Below are positions 43,551 through 53,264 of a stretch of DNA of 64,000 nucleotides, piece by piece. The notes beneath the pieces are model-generated. The model did not search any database. It had not been told where the DNA came from and saw only the letters and a list, made by a program, of their open reading frames with translations. A program made the position numbers and the translations under genes. The first letter of the stretch is position 1. Every line of letters starts with the position of its first letter. The DNA is from an uncultured Alphaproteobacteria bacterium (GTDB lineage: Bacteria > Pseudomonadota > Alphaproteobacteria > Geminicoccales > Geminicoccaceae), in assembly GCA_963720725.1 (NCBI GenBank), contig CAVRGN010000006.1:432-64431 (forward strand), written 5' to 3'.

Positions 43551-44270
43551 TGCCGGGTCCCCTTTCGTAGCGGTCAGGTGCGAACCCAGCGCGACACGCA
43601 GTGCGCTCACCATCGACGCGTCGACTGCCATGTTGAAACCCTGCGCTGCCGTGATCTCGTGGTGCGACAGGACAGTGCCCGAGATCGGCGGAACGCGGGT
43701 GTTAGGTGTTGCTAAAAGCTGCTCAGCGGCCTGTGCCGAGGATGCTTTGGAGCGCGCACCATGCTTGGCGGCGGATGGGTCACCGGTTCCGCTGGCCGGA
43801 GCATGCCCCGCTCGCTCCGGGCTGGCCATCGCAGCGGCGGAAGTGGCTCCGCGCCGGCGCGGGACGAGGTGTTTTCTCCCGGCGGGCAACCGCGTCTTCG
43901 CCGGTGCCGCCGCGATGCTGGGGGCAACGAAGCAGTAACCCCTGCCGGGGACGTTGGTGATGTATCGGGGCCGATCCGGCCGGCACCCCAGGGCCTTTCT
44001 CAAGGACGCCAGATGCACCCGCGGAGTGCCTGGACTGACCCGGACATCGGCCCATACGTGAGCGATGAGTTCCTCGTGCTTCACGACCTGACCTGCGCGT
44101 TGCACGAGAACAGTGAGGATGTCGAAGGCCCGGCTGCCGAGCGGGACAGGAAGACCGTCCCGCCGCAACGATCGCTCGGCGAGGTCCAGTTGGAACGGGC
44201 CGAACACGAACGATTGCACGCCCGCGAAACCGGCCAGCGCGGCGTCTGGCCAATGGTTGGCTTGCCCCAC
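43551..44270 (-). CDS. OmpR-type winged-helix DNA-binding domain reading in frame into the hydrolase
   Basis: GTG 44270 with GGAGGTG upstream; [41 protein letters not shown]; no stop before 42576. Confidence 0.75.
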
Positions 44271-44593
44271 GGTCCACCTCCGTCCCGCTGGCCGACGGCC
44301 TTGATCGGCCTCGATCCACGCGGTGAATGCAGTCACTGTCAACTACGAGATACAGTCGGTCAAGGGAATTGATGGCAGTGCCAGTTGGAGCGGATATGAG
44401 CATCCTCCGCTGCTACGTCGGAGCCGTGCCGCGCGGGCAAGGTGCGAGACCAGCGTAGGCACTGGAATGACGTTGCTCGGTCTGATAGATGCTCCTGTGC
44501 CTGGGCGGTGCAGGCAGGCTTTGCACCGCAGCGACTGGCGTGTTATGCATGGATGTGCCGGATACAATGCGCGGCGGGTGACTGGAATCAGAC

Positions 44594-45976
44594 ATGAGCG
44601 AATGGGTGCCAAGCTTGGGCAACGGCACGAAACCGCGCTACATAGCGATTGCAGAAGCGATCGAGGTCGACCTGGTTCAAGGGCGGCTTGCTCCTGCCCA
44701 GCGACTGCCCGCACAGCGGCAACTGGCCCGATTGCTCGGTCTGGATTTCACGACGGTGGCGCGGGGCTATGGCGAGGCTCAGCGACGCGGTCTGATCGAG
44801 TCGCGCGTCGGGGAAGGCACCTTCGTTACGGCTGCGCCGACGGCTGGCGGCAGACCGGCCGGACGCGTGGAGGCCGCCGACTTCTCGATGAACATGCCGC
44901 CCGAGTTCGACGACGTGGCGCTCTGGACGAGGCTCAACGCGAGTTTCGAGACGATCACCCACGATCTTGCCCGTGTGCTGCGATACCAACGCTTTGGCGG
45001 AACCGAGGCCGACAAGCAGGCGGCGGTCGGCTGGCTTGGCCGCCGCGGCGTAGTGGCGGGACCGGACAGGTTGTTCGTGGTTCCGGGTGCTCATTCGGCA
45101 CTGCTGGCTGCAATGATGATCCTGTCGGAGAAAGGGCGCGGGATTGTCCTGACGGAGACGCTCACCTACCCCGGGGTGAAGGCGATTGCCGAACAGCTTG
45201 GGCTCCAGCTGCTTGGGGTCCCGGTCGACCAGCATGGATTGTCCCCCACTGCGCTCGCAGAGGCTTGCAAGCACCACCTGCCCAAAGCACTTTATCTGAA
45301 CCCGACGCTGTCCAACCCGACCACGCGGACGATGCCGATCCAGCGCCGGCACGAGATTGCCGCGATTGCCCGGGAGCACGGCGTCGCGATCATCGAAGAT
45401 GATCCGTACAGCCCTCTTCCAGATGATGCTCCGCCGGCTTTCGCGACGGTCGCACCTGAAATCACCTGGCATGTCGCGACGCTGTCCAAATGCCTTGGCG
45501 CGGGGCTGCGCGTCGCCTACGTCGTGGTTCCCGACGTGCGTTCAGGCTGGAAATTCGCGTCCGCGGTGCGGTCCGCGAACGTGATGGTCTCGCCCGTCAC
45601 GGCGACGCTGGCGACACGGTGGATCATGGACGGCACGGCGGACGCGGTGTTGAGGGCGATCCGAGCGGAGACCCGTGAGCGGCAGGCTCTCGTCGCATCG
45701 ATCCTGCCGACCGAACTGGTGGCGACGGACCCGGCTGGATTTCATGCCTGGCTCTCTCTGCCTCCCCGCTGGAGCCGCTCCGCGTTCGTTGGCCACATGG
45801 CTTCCTGCGGGCTTGGCGTCGTCCCGAGCGACGTGTTCGGGACACAGGAGCCTGCCCCGGAGGCGGTTCGCATCTGTCTCGGTGGACCAGCGCCGCGCCC
45901 GGTCGTACGGACCGCGCTGGAGTTTGCTGCGCACGCTCTGTCCGAATCGCCGGCCGGGGCTTCCAGCTTCCTGTGA
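44594..45976 (+). CDS. MocR/GabR family regulator (GntR HTH + PLP aminotransferase-like domain)
   Basis: RLPAQRQLA, TVARGY, GEGTFV, PTLSNPT, EDDPY, TLSKCLGAGLRVAY. Confidence 0.93.
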   Translation: MSEWVPSLGNGTKPRYIAIAEAIEVDLVQGRLAPAQRLPAQRQLARLLGLDFTTVARGYGEAQRRGLIESRVGEGTFVTAAPTAGGRPAGRVEAADFSMNMPPEFDDVALWTRLNASFETITHDLARVLRYQRFGGTEADKQAAVGWLGRRGVVAGPDRLFVVPGAHSALLAAMMILSEKGRGIVLTETLTYPGVKAIAEQLGLQLLGVPVDQHGLSPTALAEACKHHLPKALYLNPTLSNPTTRTMPIQRRHEIAAIAREHGVAIIEDDPYSPLPDDAPPAFATVAPEITWHVATLSKCLGAGLRVAYVVVPDVRSGWKFASAVRSANVMVSPVTATLATRWIMDGTADAVLRAIRAETRERQALVASILPTELVATDPAGFHAWLSLPPRWSRSAFVGHMASCGLGVVPSDVFGTQEPAPEAVRICLGGPAPRPVVRTALEFAAHALSESPAGASSFL

Positions 45977-46151
45977 CCTTCGGTGCGTGGCGCCGCTGTC
46001 CGGTTGAATGCAGCGGCACAGGCTCTCTCCCGAGCGCCGGGAGAGAGCCACGGCCAAGCGGTACGACGAGGGCCGAGCCCGATGCGGTTTCGGCAGTCGT
46101 CGAGCCGCACCTGCCGCCGGCCAAGCCGGGGTGGTCGGACGCGCCCGAGCG

Positions 46152-48245
46152 TCAGTTCACGGGTCGCAGCAGACCGCCGAGCAGGTTGCGGGCGAACAGA
46201 TCGCCGGTGTTGGGATCGCACCAGGCTTTCTTGACGCCTGCGGCGCCGACCGCGATCAGCTTCAGCTTGCGGTCGCGCAACCGCGTCTTCAGGGGCAAGG
46301 TCTCGAAGTGACCGTCGGTGATCTTGAGCTCCGGATGGTCGAACGGCGCCCGGTGGCAGGCGACGCGCGGATCGGTCAGTGCTTTGAGGAACTCGACCAG
46401 GTTGGTGATCTCGCTCTCGCTGAGATCGAGCTGCTCGATGTCCGGGTCGAGATTGCTGCCGCCCATGCCGGACTTGACCGGCCGGCCCTCGCCATTGTCA
46501 CCGGTGCCGGTGGTGTCGTCGCCGTTGGGGCCGCGCCGGTCGCCGCCGCGATTGTAGAACTCGACCACCTGGCGCAGCGTCGCCTGGCCCCCATTGTGGA
46601 AGTAGGGCGCGGTCAAGGCCACGTTGCGCAAGGTCGGAACCTTGAATGCGCCGTCCACGGCCACTCGCTGATGTTGGCTGAAGCTCGAGCGGTCGAAGCT
46701 GTCGCCGTTGGTGGTGCCGCGCTTGAACTGCCGAGTGAAGGAGAGCGGGATGCCGTACGGGTCCTCCCCACCGAGACCGATGTCTTCGAAGGTCGGCCGC
46801 ACGCCGATATTGTAGAAGCCGCCGTCATAATTGGCCTGGGCGCCGTCCCCCATGACCATCAGCTCGATCAGCTCGTCCTGCTGGCGCGGCGGCACCGCGG
46901 CGCCGCTGAACACCGGGCCGGTGTGACAGTTGACGCACTTGCCCTTGACGTTGAAGACCGCCAGGCCCGCGATCTGCTGGGCGGTCATGGCACGGCGTTT
47001 TCCGCGCATGTAGGCGTCGAACGGCGTCTGATCGGAGATCAGCGTCCGTTCATAGGCGTCGATGGCCAGACCCCAGAACAGCGAGAAATTGTTCTCGATC
47101 TGGCGGAAGCCGCCGCTCGGCGCCGGCACGATCTGGCCGCCGCTGATGTTGAACTGGCCGGTGCCGTCCCAGAGATCGCGAGCGAACGCTTGCTGGATCA
47201 TCTGCTCGTAGGTCGCGCTCAGCCCCCTCAGCGGGCCGACCAGCCCCATCGGGCCGAAGACGCTGTCCTGCGGGTGGACCTTCTGTGTCGCCAGCGCTTG
47301 CCGTCCCAGCAGCTTCTTGCCGATATAGGCGAAGGACCGGTTGGCGCAGGCCATCTCGAACGAGCTGTTGGGTGGGCCGACCGCCTGCGAGGCGAGGCTC
47401 ATGTTCTCCAGCAGCAGCGTGTCGAGCACGAAACTGCCGCCCTGGTTGCGCACGATTCGCGCGTTCGGGTTGTTCTCGACGTCGCGGCGGCCGAACACGT
47501 CCTTGCCGTTGAAGACGTTGTTGGCGCGGCCGTCCCAGAAATTGCGATAGAAGTAGGCCGCGTTGATCACGGTCGGCGTGTTGCGCGGCTCGACCTTGCG
47601 CGTTCGGCGCGGGCCGTTGACGTCGAGCTTGAAGATCGTCGTCGCGTCGAGAATCGGGCTGCACAGGTCGCGCTTGCCGTTGCGGGTCGAGAGCACCTCG
47701 TCGACGCCGATCAGGAGACCGTCGAACACGCCCTGCGACGAGGCGACATCGTTGCTGTCGTAGAGGATGTCCGCATTGCGGTCGGTGATGTCGGCCAGCT
47801 GGTGGAAGGGGAAATCACGCCCCTCCAGCTTGGTGTTCGGCCGCGCGAGGTTGCCCGAGGACTCCAGGAACCCGCCGCGGGTGAGCCCGGCTGCCCCGGC
47901 CGGTGCGATGCCGCCGAACGCGATGTCGGCCAGAGGCTCGACCTTGAGGCCGGGCGAAAGCTGGTTCGTGATTCTTGGATCGGCGCCGGCATGGAAATGG
48001 CAGCTGGCGCAGGCCTGGCCGTCGCTGCCGACGGCGCCGTCCCAGAACAGCGCCTTGCCCAGCGCCACCAGCATCTTCCGATCGGTCACCAGCGCATCAT
48101 ACTGACTGGCGGGCGGAGCCGGCGGTGCCACGTCCAGCGCTCCGACCGTGGGTGGCGCCTCGGGCACCTGCGCCCAGCCGGCTGATGGCGCCGCCGCGAG
48201 CATCAACGCCGTGCTCACGAACAGCACGCCCGTCGTCCGAATCAT
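46152..48245 (-). CDS. Large secreted diheme cytochrome c peroxidase/MauG-superfamily protein
   Basis: Signal peptide after ATG 48245; CASCH and CVNCH; RNTPTVINA, FWDGRA, FKVPTLRNV.LTAPYFHNG, VVEFYNRGG. Confidence 0.9.
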   Translation of the reverse strand: MIRTTGVLFVSTALMLAAAPSAGWAQVPEAPPTVGALDVAPPAPPASQYDALVTDRKMLVALGKALFWDGAVGSDGQACASCHFHAGADPRITNQLSPGLKVEPLADIAFGGIAPAGAAGLTRGGFLESSGNLARPNTKLEGRDFPFHQLADITDRNADILYDSNDVASSQGVFDGLLIGVDEVLSTRNGKRDLCSPILDATTIFKLDVNGPRRTRKVEPRNTPTVINAAYFYRNFWDGRANNVFNGKDVFGRRDVENNPNARIVRNQGGSFVLDTLLLENMSLASQAVGPPNSSFEMACANRSFAYIGKKLLGRQALATQKVHPQDSVFGPMGLVGPLRGLSATYEQMIQQAFARDLWDGTGQFNISGGQIVPAPSGGFRQIENNFSLFWGLAIDAYERTLISDQTPFDAYMRGKRRAMTAQQIAGLAVFNVKGKCVNCHTGPVFSGAAVPPRQQDELIELMVMGDGAQANYDGGFYNIGVRPTFEDIGLGGEDPYGIPLSFTRQFKRGTTNGDSFDRSSFSQHQRVAVDGAFKVPTLRNVALTAPYFHNGGQATLRQVVEFYNRGGDRRGPNGDDTTGTGDNGEGRPVKSGMGGSNLDPDIEQLDLSESEITNLVEFLKALTDPRVACHRAPFDHPELKITDGHFETLPLKTRLRDRKLKLIAVGAAGVKKAWCDPNTGDLFARNLLGGLLRPVN

Positions 48246-48744
48246 GGAGTTCTCCCGCCCTAGCTTCATGCGAGTGAGGTGGCTCTTGCGGCTCTTCACT
48301 CGGCCATTCTGGCGCCATATCGTCGCCGCGCGATTTGTTGCTGAACCGCCATTTGCCAGCAATATGCTTTTTGTTGTCCACTCTGCAGTGCGCGTTGAAT
48401 AGAGTAGAAAGCCGTACAATAGGGCAACTCAGTTATGCTTTTGCGCTTCTCTAAGTTCATGTTATTCTATCATCGGTACGCATAGGCGCAGAAGCTCGTT
48501 GCGCTCGGGATTTGAGGAGTGTTTGGCTGTTTCTCCAGACGATACGGCGTTGCCGGCTTCTTGTATCGCTGCCGCAGAGACTCCCAACTGTTGGATCTTG
48601 GTCACGAAGCGGCCGCGATGGGCTGCGACGTGCGCCGCCCCCTCCACGACCCGCACATGGCGGCCGAGATCGTAGCATGGGTCTCGTCGGCATCAACGCT
48701 CGCCAGAAGGCGCAGCGGTCGCGCCGCGGCGCGCCTTACGTCCA

Positions 48745-49518
48745 CTACCCGCAGCGCCCGTGCACCTTGCCGTTGAGTGTCTGGGTCTTGAAGATCAGTG
48801 GCGCGCCGATCCCCGCGGCGAGTTTGCAGTAAGTCGCCATCCGGTCGGGCCGGTTCGTATAGGCGACGAGTTGGACCGGCTTGCCGGCCTTGAGGAACGG
48901 CTGGACCTTGGCGCAGTCACCGAGAGTGACGCAATTGTCGGCGACGAGAAAGTCGAAGTCCCGCGCGAGGCCGGCAGCCTGGGCGAGATCGTCGACCAGG
49001 CCGACGGACAGGCCGCGCGCATGGGCGGCCATGGCGAGCCTGCGATTGAATGTCAGTTGGTCCTCGGCCGAGATGGTGAACCCCGTATTTCTGGCGTAGC
49101 CGTCGACGTCGCCCAGCAACACGCCGACGAACCCTCGATCTCGACACAGATCCAGCCGGAGCTCGAGTACCGCCGTGACGGACGGGTCACGGACATCCAG
49201 CCAACGCTCGCCGCGCCAAGCCGACGGGCTGCGTCCCAGCGCAGTCACCGCAACGTTCGCGGCGTCGGGGCGCCAGTTCTGCCACCGTCCAGCGGAGAGG
49301 TAACACAGGGCGGCGACATTGCGCGCGCGCAGTCCTGCCAAGCGCTCGCGCGAGGTGCCGAACGGCTCCAGCACGATTGCGTCGGCAATGCGGCCGAGGT
49401 CGTAGGGTGCGGTGAGCTGGAGGTCGAAGAGCAGCCCCGGCTGGGGCCGCCAGTCTGCGCTCGCAGCGCTCAACGGCGCCAGGGCCAAGAACGCGATCGC
49501 GAGGAGCCGAGCGTACAT
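48745..49518 (-). CDS. GH114 (endo-alpha-1,4-galactosaminidase-like) protein with atypical active site
   Basis: Signal peptide; CYLSAG.W..WRPD, W.GERWLDVR, RLDLCRDRGF, EDQLTFNR.LA..AH.RGLSVGL. Confidence 0.75.
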   Translation of the reverse strand: MYARLLAIAFLALAPLSAASADWRPQPGLLFDLQLTAPYDLGRIADAIVLEPFGTSRERLAGLRARNVAALCYLSAGRWQNWRPDAANVAVTALGRSPSAWRGERWLDVRDPSVTAVLELRLDLCRDRGFVGVLLGDVDGYARNTGFTISAEDQLTFNRRLAMAAHARGLSVGLVDDLAQAAGLARDFDFLVADNCVTLGDCAKVQPFLKAGKPVQLVAYTNRPDRMATYCKLAAGIGAPLIFKTQTLNGKVHGRCG

Positions 49519-49528
49519 GTTCGATCGC

Positions 49529-50086
49529 TCACGAGTGGACGACGATGCCAATGAAGGATACGGCGCTGCCGGGCACCGATCCAAGACCGACCCGAATATG
49601 GTAGAATCCGCCGTCGACCAAGCCGCCGGCGCAGACCACACGTGCCGTCGTGCCCACCAGTGTCCCGCCCGCTGCACTGCTCCAGCCGCACACCGGGAAT
49701 TCTGCGAAGCCGTCGGGGTCAGCGGCGAGCTCGGTGCGGACCAGTTCGACCGTGACCAGCGCCGCGCCGGAGCCGTCGCCGTCCAGGTACGAGATATCGA
49801 GCGTGATCGCGTCGTCGCGGTCGACGGAATGGTCGAGTTCGTCGGATGGCAACGCGCAGATCAGGCTCGCGCTCGCGCCATCGCGGACCGTGAACGCGCC
49901 ACCGGAACGCGCCGACGCTACATCACTGGCCGAGGCGATCTCGGTGCAGGCAGCCGCTGGAATCGTCAGAGGGTGCCCAGCAACGCCATTGTCGCGGCCC
50001 TCTTTGGCATGGACGAGAAGGGGAGTAGCGCAAGCGAGCGAAGCCAAGAGGATGATGTACTGCGAGGGATGGCGAGTATTGGACAT
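49529..50086 (-). CDS. Secreted hypothetical protein
   Basis: Signal-like IILLASLACATPLLVHA; about 185 aa with paired Cys. Confidence 0.65.
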   Translation of the reverse strand: MSNTRHPSQYIILLASLACATPLLVHAKEGRDNGVAGHPLTIPAAACTEIASASDVASARSGGAFTVRDGASASLICALPSDELDHSVDRDDAITLDISYLDGDGSGAALVTVELVRTELAADPDGFAEFPVCGWSSAAGGTLVGTTARVVCAGGLVDGGFYHIRVGLGSVPGSAVSFIGIVVHS

Positions 50087-50267
50087 GGACGTTCCTCCGT
50101 GGCGGCCTCGCGGCCGGAGAGTGGCACTGCGACAAGCAGGGTGGAGCGGCCCAGGCCACGTCCACCCTGCCGGCCCGCGCCTGGGTCCGAGGCGGATCTC
50201 CGCGCCGGGGGCGAAGCGGGTGGCTTGTCCCGACAAGCCCGCGGTGCGGCTTTCGAACGGTGGATGG

Positions 50268-51305
50268 TTACGGAAGAGGAACCGGCTCCTGGTAGTACCA
50301 ATTGGCCAGGCCGACCGCGGCGCCACCCGACGGGTCTGCGGCAAAGTAGAGCCTGGGACCGTTGGACACTGTCGCCGGGGCCGCCGCGAAACCGGACACG
50401 CCGGCAAAGAAGCCTGGCACGAGGGCGAATCCGCCGTTCACCGGGTCGGGATTGTAGATGTTCACCGTGTCCAATGATTGGAGATCGCTGATGAACAGGT
50501 TGGTCCCGTCCGAACCGACGGCCAGCGGCAGGAAGCCCAGACCGACGTCGCTAGCAAGGCAGGAATTATTCGGGGTGCAAAGGCCCTCGCCGTCGATGTT
50601 GGCGGGAACGCGGTTCGACGGGTCCTGGATCATCGTGACGCCCGTGGCCTCGGCGATGTAGAGATCGCTGCCTACGAAGGCCAGGCTCTGCGCGCCGCCG
50701 CCGTCGGAGGTCGAGGCGACCAGTTGGACACCAGACGGATTGTTCGTGAGGGCGTTCCTGATCCGATAGATATCGCCCCCCGCCCGCTGAGTGATGATGT
50801 AGAGATCACCGCCCGGGTCCAAGGCCGCCGCGATCGGACGACAACCGGCGAGATTGCCGCTCTTGCAGCGACGGTTGGCGACGTTGCCGTTGAGCGTCCT
50901 GCGACTGCCGGTGAACAGCTTGGTGTTGGTCCGATACTGCACCCGAATGATCCCGACCGACTTCGAGGAATCGTCGGGCAGGAACGCCGTCAGTGTGGCA
51001 GGGTCCATGGCCGGCTGGCCGCCGGCGAGGATGCAGCCCGTCGGCGCCAGCGGGCTTCCGATGAATGCAGCGCTGGAGTTCGTCGCGGTGGTGGGCTGCA
51101 CCGGACAGAAGCCGAAGGTGTGATCGGCGACCCAGAGCCGGCCGCCGGTGGGCAGCGCGCCATCCGGGACCCAGAGGCCGCCGGTCGGTGCCGTGGCGCC
51201 CGAAAGATAGACATTTGCCGCATCGGCCGGATCGGCCAAGGCGAGACTGGCTACCAAGCCAAGCGCTGCGGTCGCCAGAGCAAGATTTCGAGACATCATT
51301 TTCAC
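50268..51305 (-). CDS. Secreted Cys-rich protein, probable beta-propeller
   Basis: Signal peptide ending ADA; repeated LDPGGDLYI, FVGSDLYIA, SDGTNLFIS, PRLYFA strands; six Cys. Confidence 0.7.
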   Translation of the reverse strand: MKMMSRNLALATAALGLVASLALADPADAANVYLSGATAPTGGLWVPDGALPTGGRLWVADHTFGFCPVQPTTATNSSAAFIGSPLAPTGCILAGGQPAMDPATLTAFLPDDSSKSVGIIRVQYRTNTKLFTGSRRTLNGNVANRRCKSGNLAGCRPIAAALDPGGDLYIITQRAGGDIYRIRNALTNNPSGVQLVASTSDGGGAQSLAFVGSDLYIAEATGVTMIQDPSNRVPANIDGEGLCTPNNSCLASDVGLGFLPLAVGSDGTNLFISDLQSLDTVNIYNPDPVNGGFALVPGFFAGVSGFAAAPATVSNGPRLYFAADPSGGAAVGLANWYYQEPVPLP

Positions 51306-51381
51306 TCCGCTAGGACAGCCGGCACCTGCCGACTCTCACGGTCTGACGAATTTGTTCGGTGTATTTGGCGTGGTGCGTTAC

Positions 51382-53201
51382 TTACTTCGGTGGTCGGATA
51401 CTCCACGTGGTCATCATCGCATTGTCCTCGTGCACCACGTTGTGGCAGTGCATCACGTAGCGGCCGTGATCCGCCTTGGTCTCACGGACCTGGCCGCCGG
51501 ACGGGCTGTAGCCATCCATCGGGAAATCGCGGAAGCGCAGGACCAGCTCGTGCACGCTCTGGCGCAGCCGGTAGATGTCGGCGCGGTAGCGCTTGCCCGC
51601 CGGCACGGCTACTCCGTTGGTGCGGATGATCTGGCCTTCCTCGAAGTGGATGTGCAGCGGGTGGTCCCAGCCGCCCTGGGAGCTGTCCAGCACCCAGAGT
51701 TCGGCCGTGTCGCGCGTCACCTCGTTGGGAGAGATGTTGAGCGCGGCATTGTCATGGTCGATGTCCGGGTCCCAGAACTTGTCGTTGATCGCCCACATCC
51801 CGTTCTTGCGCCCGAACTTGAACACCTTGCGCGGCAGGGTGCTGGGGTCGGGCAAGGGCGGCAGCGGCCGGAACGATTTGGGCAGCTTGAGCTTCGGGTA
51901 GGTGGCCTGCTTGCGACGGACGATGAACTTGACCAGCTGGTTCGCCGGGTCGTCCGGATTCAGTTTCTTGCCGACCTCCTCGCCGCGCCCGTCGTCGCGC
52001 ATCTTGAGCGTGTTGCTCATGATGATCTCGGTGCCGTCGGGATAGGCGCTGAAGTCGACCCAGATGTCGTTGCGCTCGGCGACCCAGAAGTCGGTGCTGG
52101 TCTGGTTCAGTCTCGGCTTCGGCAGGAAGTTGCCGCTGAGCGCCATGATCGCGAACGGCACGTCCTGGCCGGCCTTGCGGAACACGCAGCGATAGAACCG
52201 TGACGGCCCGCCGTTCAGCAGACGGAACCGGTACGCGCGCGGCTCGACCTCGAAGTAGGGCTTGTAGGCGCCGTTGACCGTCAGATAGGGGCCGATGAAG
52301 CCATCGGTGGCGAACTGGTTGAAGGTCATCTCGCCGGTGTCGCCGACGATCTCCTTGTCCTGGAACAGCAGCGGCACGTCGTAGTCGCCGCTTGGCAGCT
52401 TCCAGCCGGTCTGCTCGTTACCAGTATCCTGGTTGTCGAACATGCGGACCATCATGAACAAGCCCTTGTAGAGGTTGGGCGCTGTGAAGTCCGGCATGTG
52501 ATCATGGATGAACAGCGTGGTCAGTGTCTCGCGCAGATCGCCGCCGCCGTCGGGCGCCCACCAGCTACCGCCAGGCGCCAGCGGGTCGGCGTAGGTCGCC
52601 GGCGTGTGCGTGAAGCCGGCACGCGCCATGCAGTAGTGCTGGATCCGCGACTCGCCAGGATTGAGCCAGTTCCATGGGCCGCCGTCGCTTTCGGTGGCGG
52701 TGTGCATGTTGTGCAGATGAGAGGTGGTGCGCGGGTCGCCATAGCCCCGATGGTTGGGGTCGAGTTCGTTCTTCAGCTTGAAGCAGAACGCATCGCCCCA
52801 CTTGGCGTCGAGGACCGGCCCGCCGAAGACGCCGTTGAAGCTCCACACCCTGCTCGGCGGCAACTCGCTGTGGAACTGGTGATCATGCTCCCGCTGCTTG
52901 AGTTCGTAGCAGCGGCTGTTGGGCGCATCGTACCGTTCGGAATATTGGTGGTCATCGTGGCCGTAGGTGAAGTCCGCCCCGCCTTTCAGGGTCGACGGCA
53001 CCGGCATCGGGTCCTTCCATGGCGTCAGCGGCCGGACCGGGACCTCCTGGCGATGGCCTCGCGCAGCGAGGCCCCCTTGGCATAGGCGGCCCCTCCGGCG
53101 ATCAGTCCCAGCTTCGACAGTTCGCGACGGTTGAGTTTGGCGGCGTCCAACTCCGCCCGAAGCTGCAGCGCGCGCTTCGTCGCTCGATTCAATCCGAACA
53201 T
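51382..53201 (-). CDS. Tat-exported multicopper oxidase (CotA/bilirubin oxidase-like), frameshift near 53050
   Basis: HLH, IHDH, HPLHIH, HCHNVVHEDNAM all present. ATG 53201 encodes MFGLNR...NRRELSKLGLIAGG...EAIA in another frame that joins QEVPVRP with one extra C. Confidence 0.88.
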
Positions 53202-53264
53202 GCTCTGCCCTCACTCACGATTTTTGTTGTCTCGAGGCCCTGTGGCGGCGCGGCCGCCACTGCC

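Noticed and set aside
46008-48185. 725 aa plus-strand ORF opposite the diheme gene
   Set aside because: Antisense shadow; the minus frame carries the signal peptide and both CxxCH motifs.
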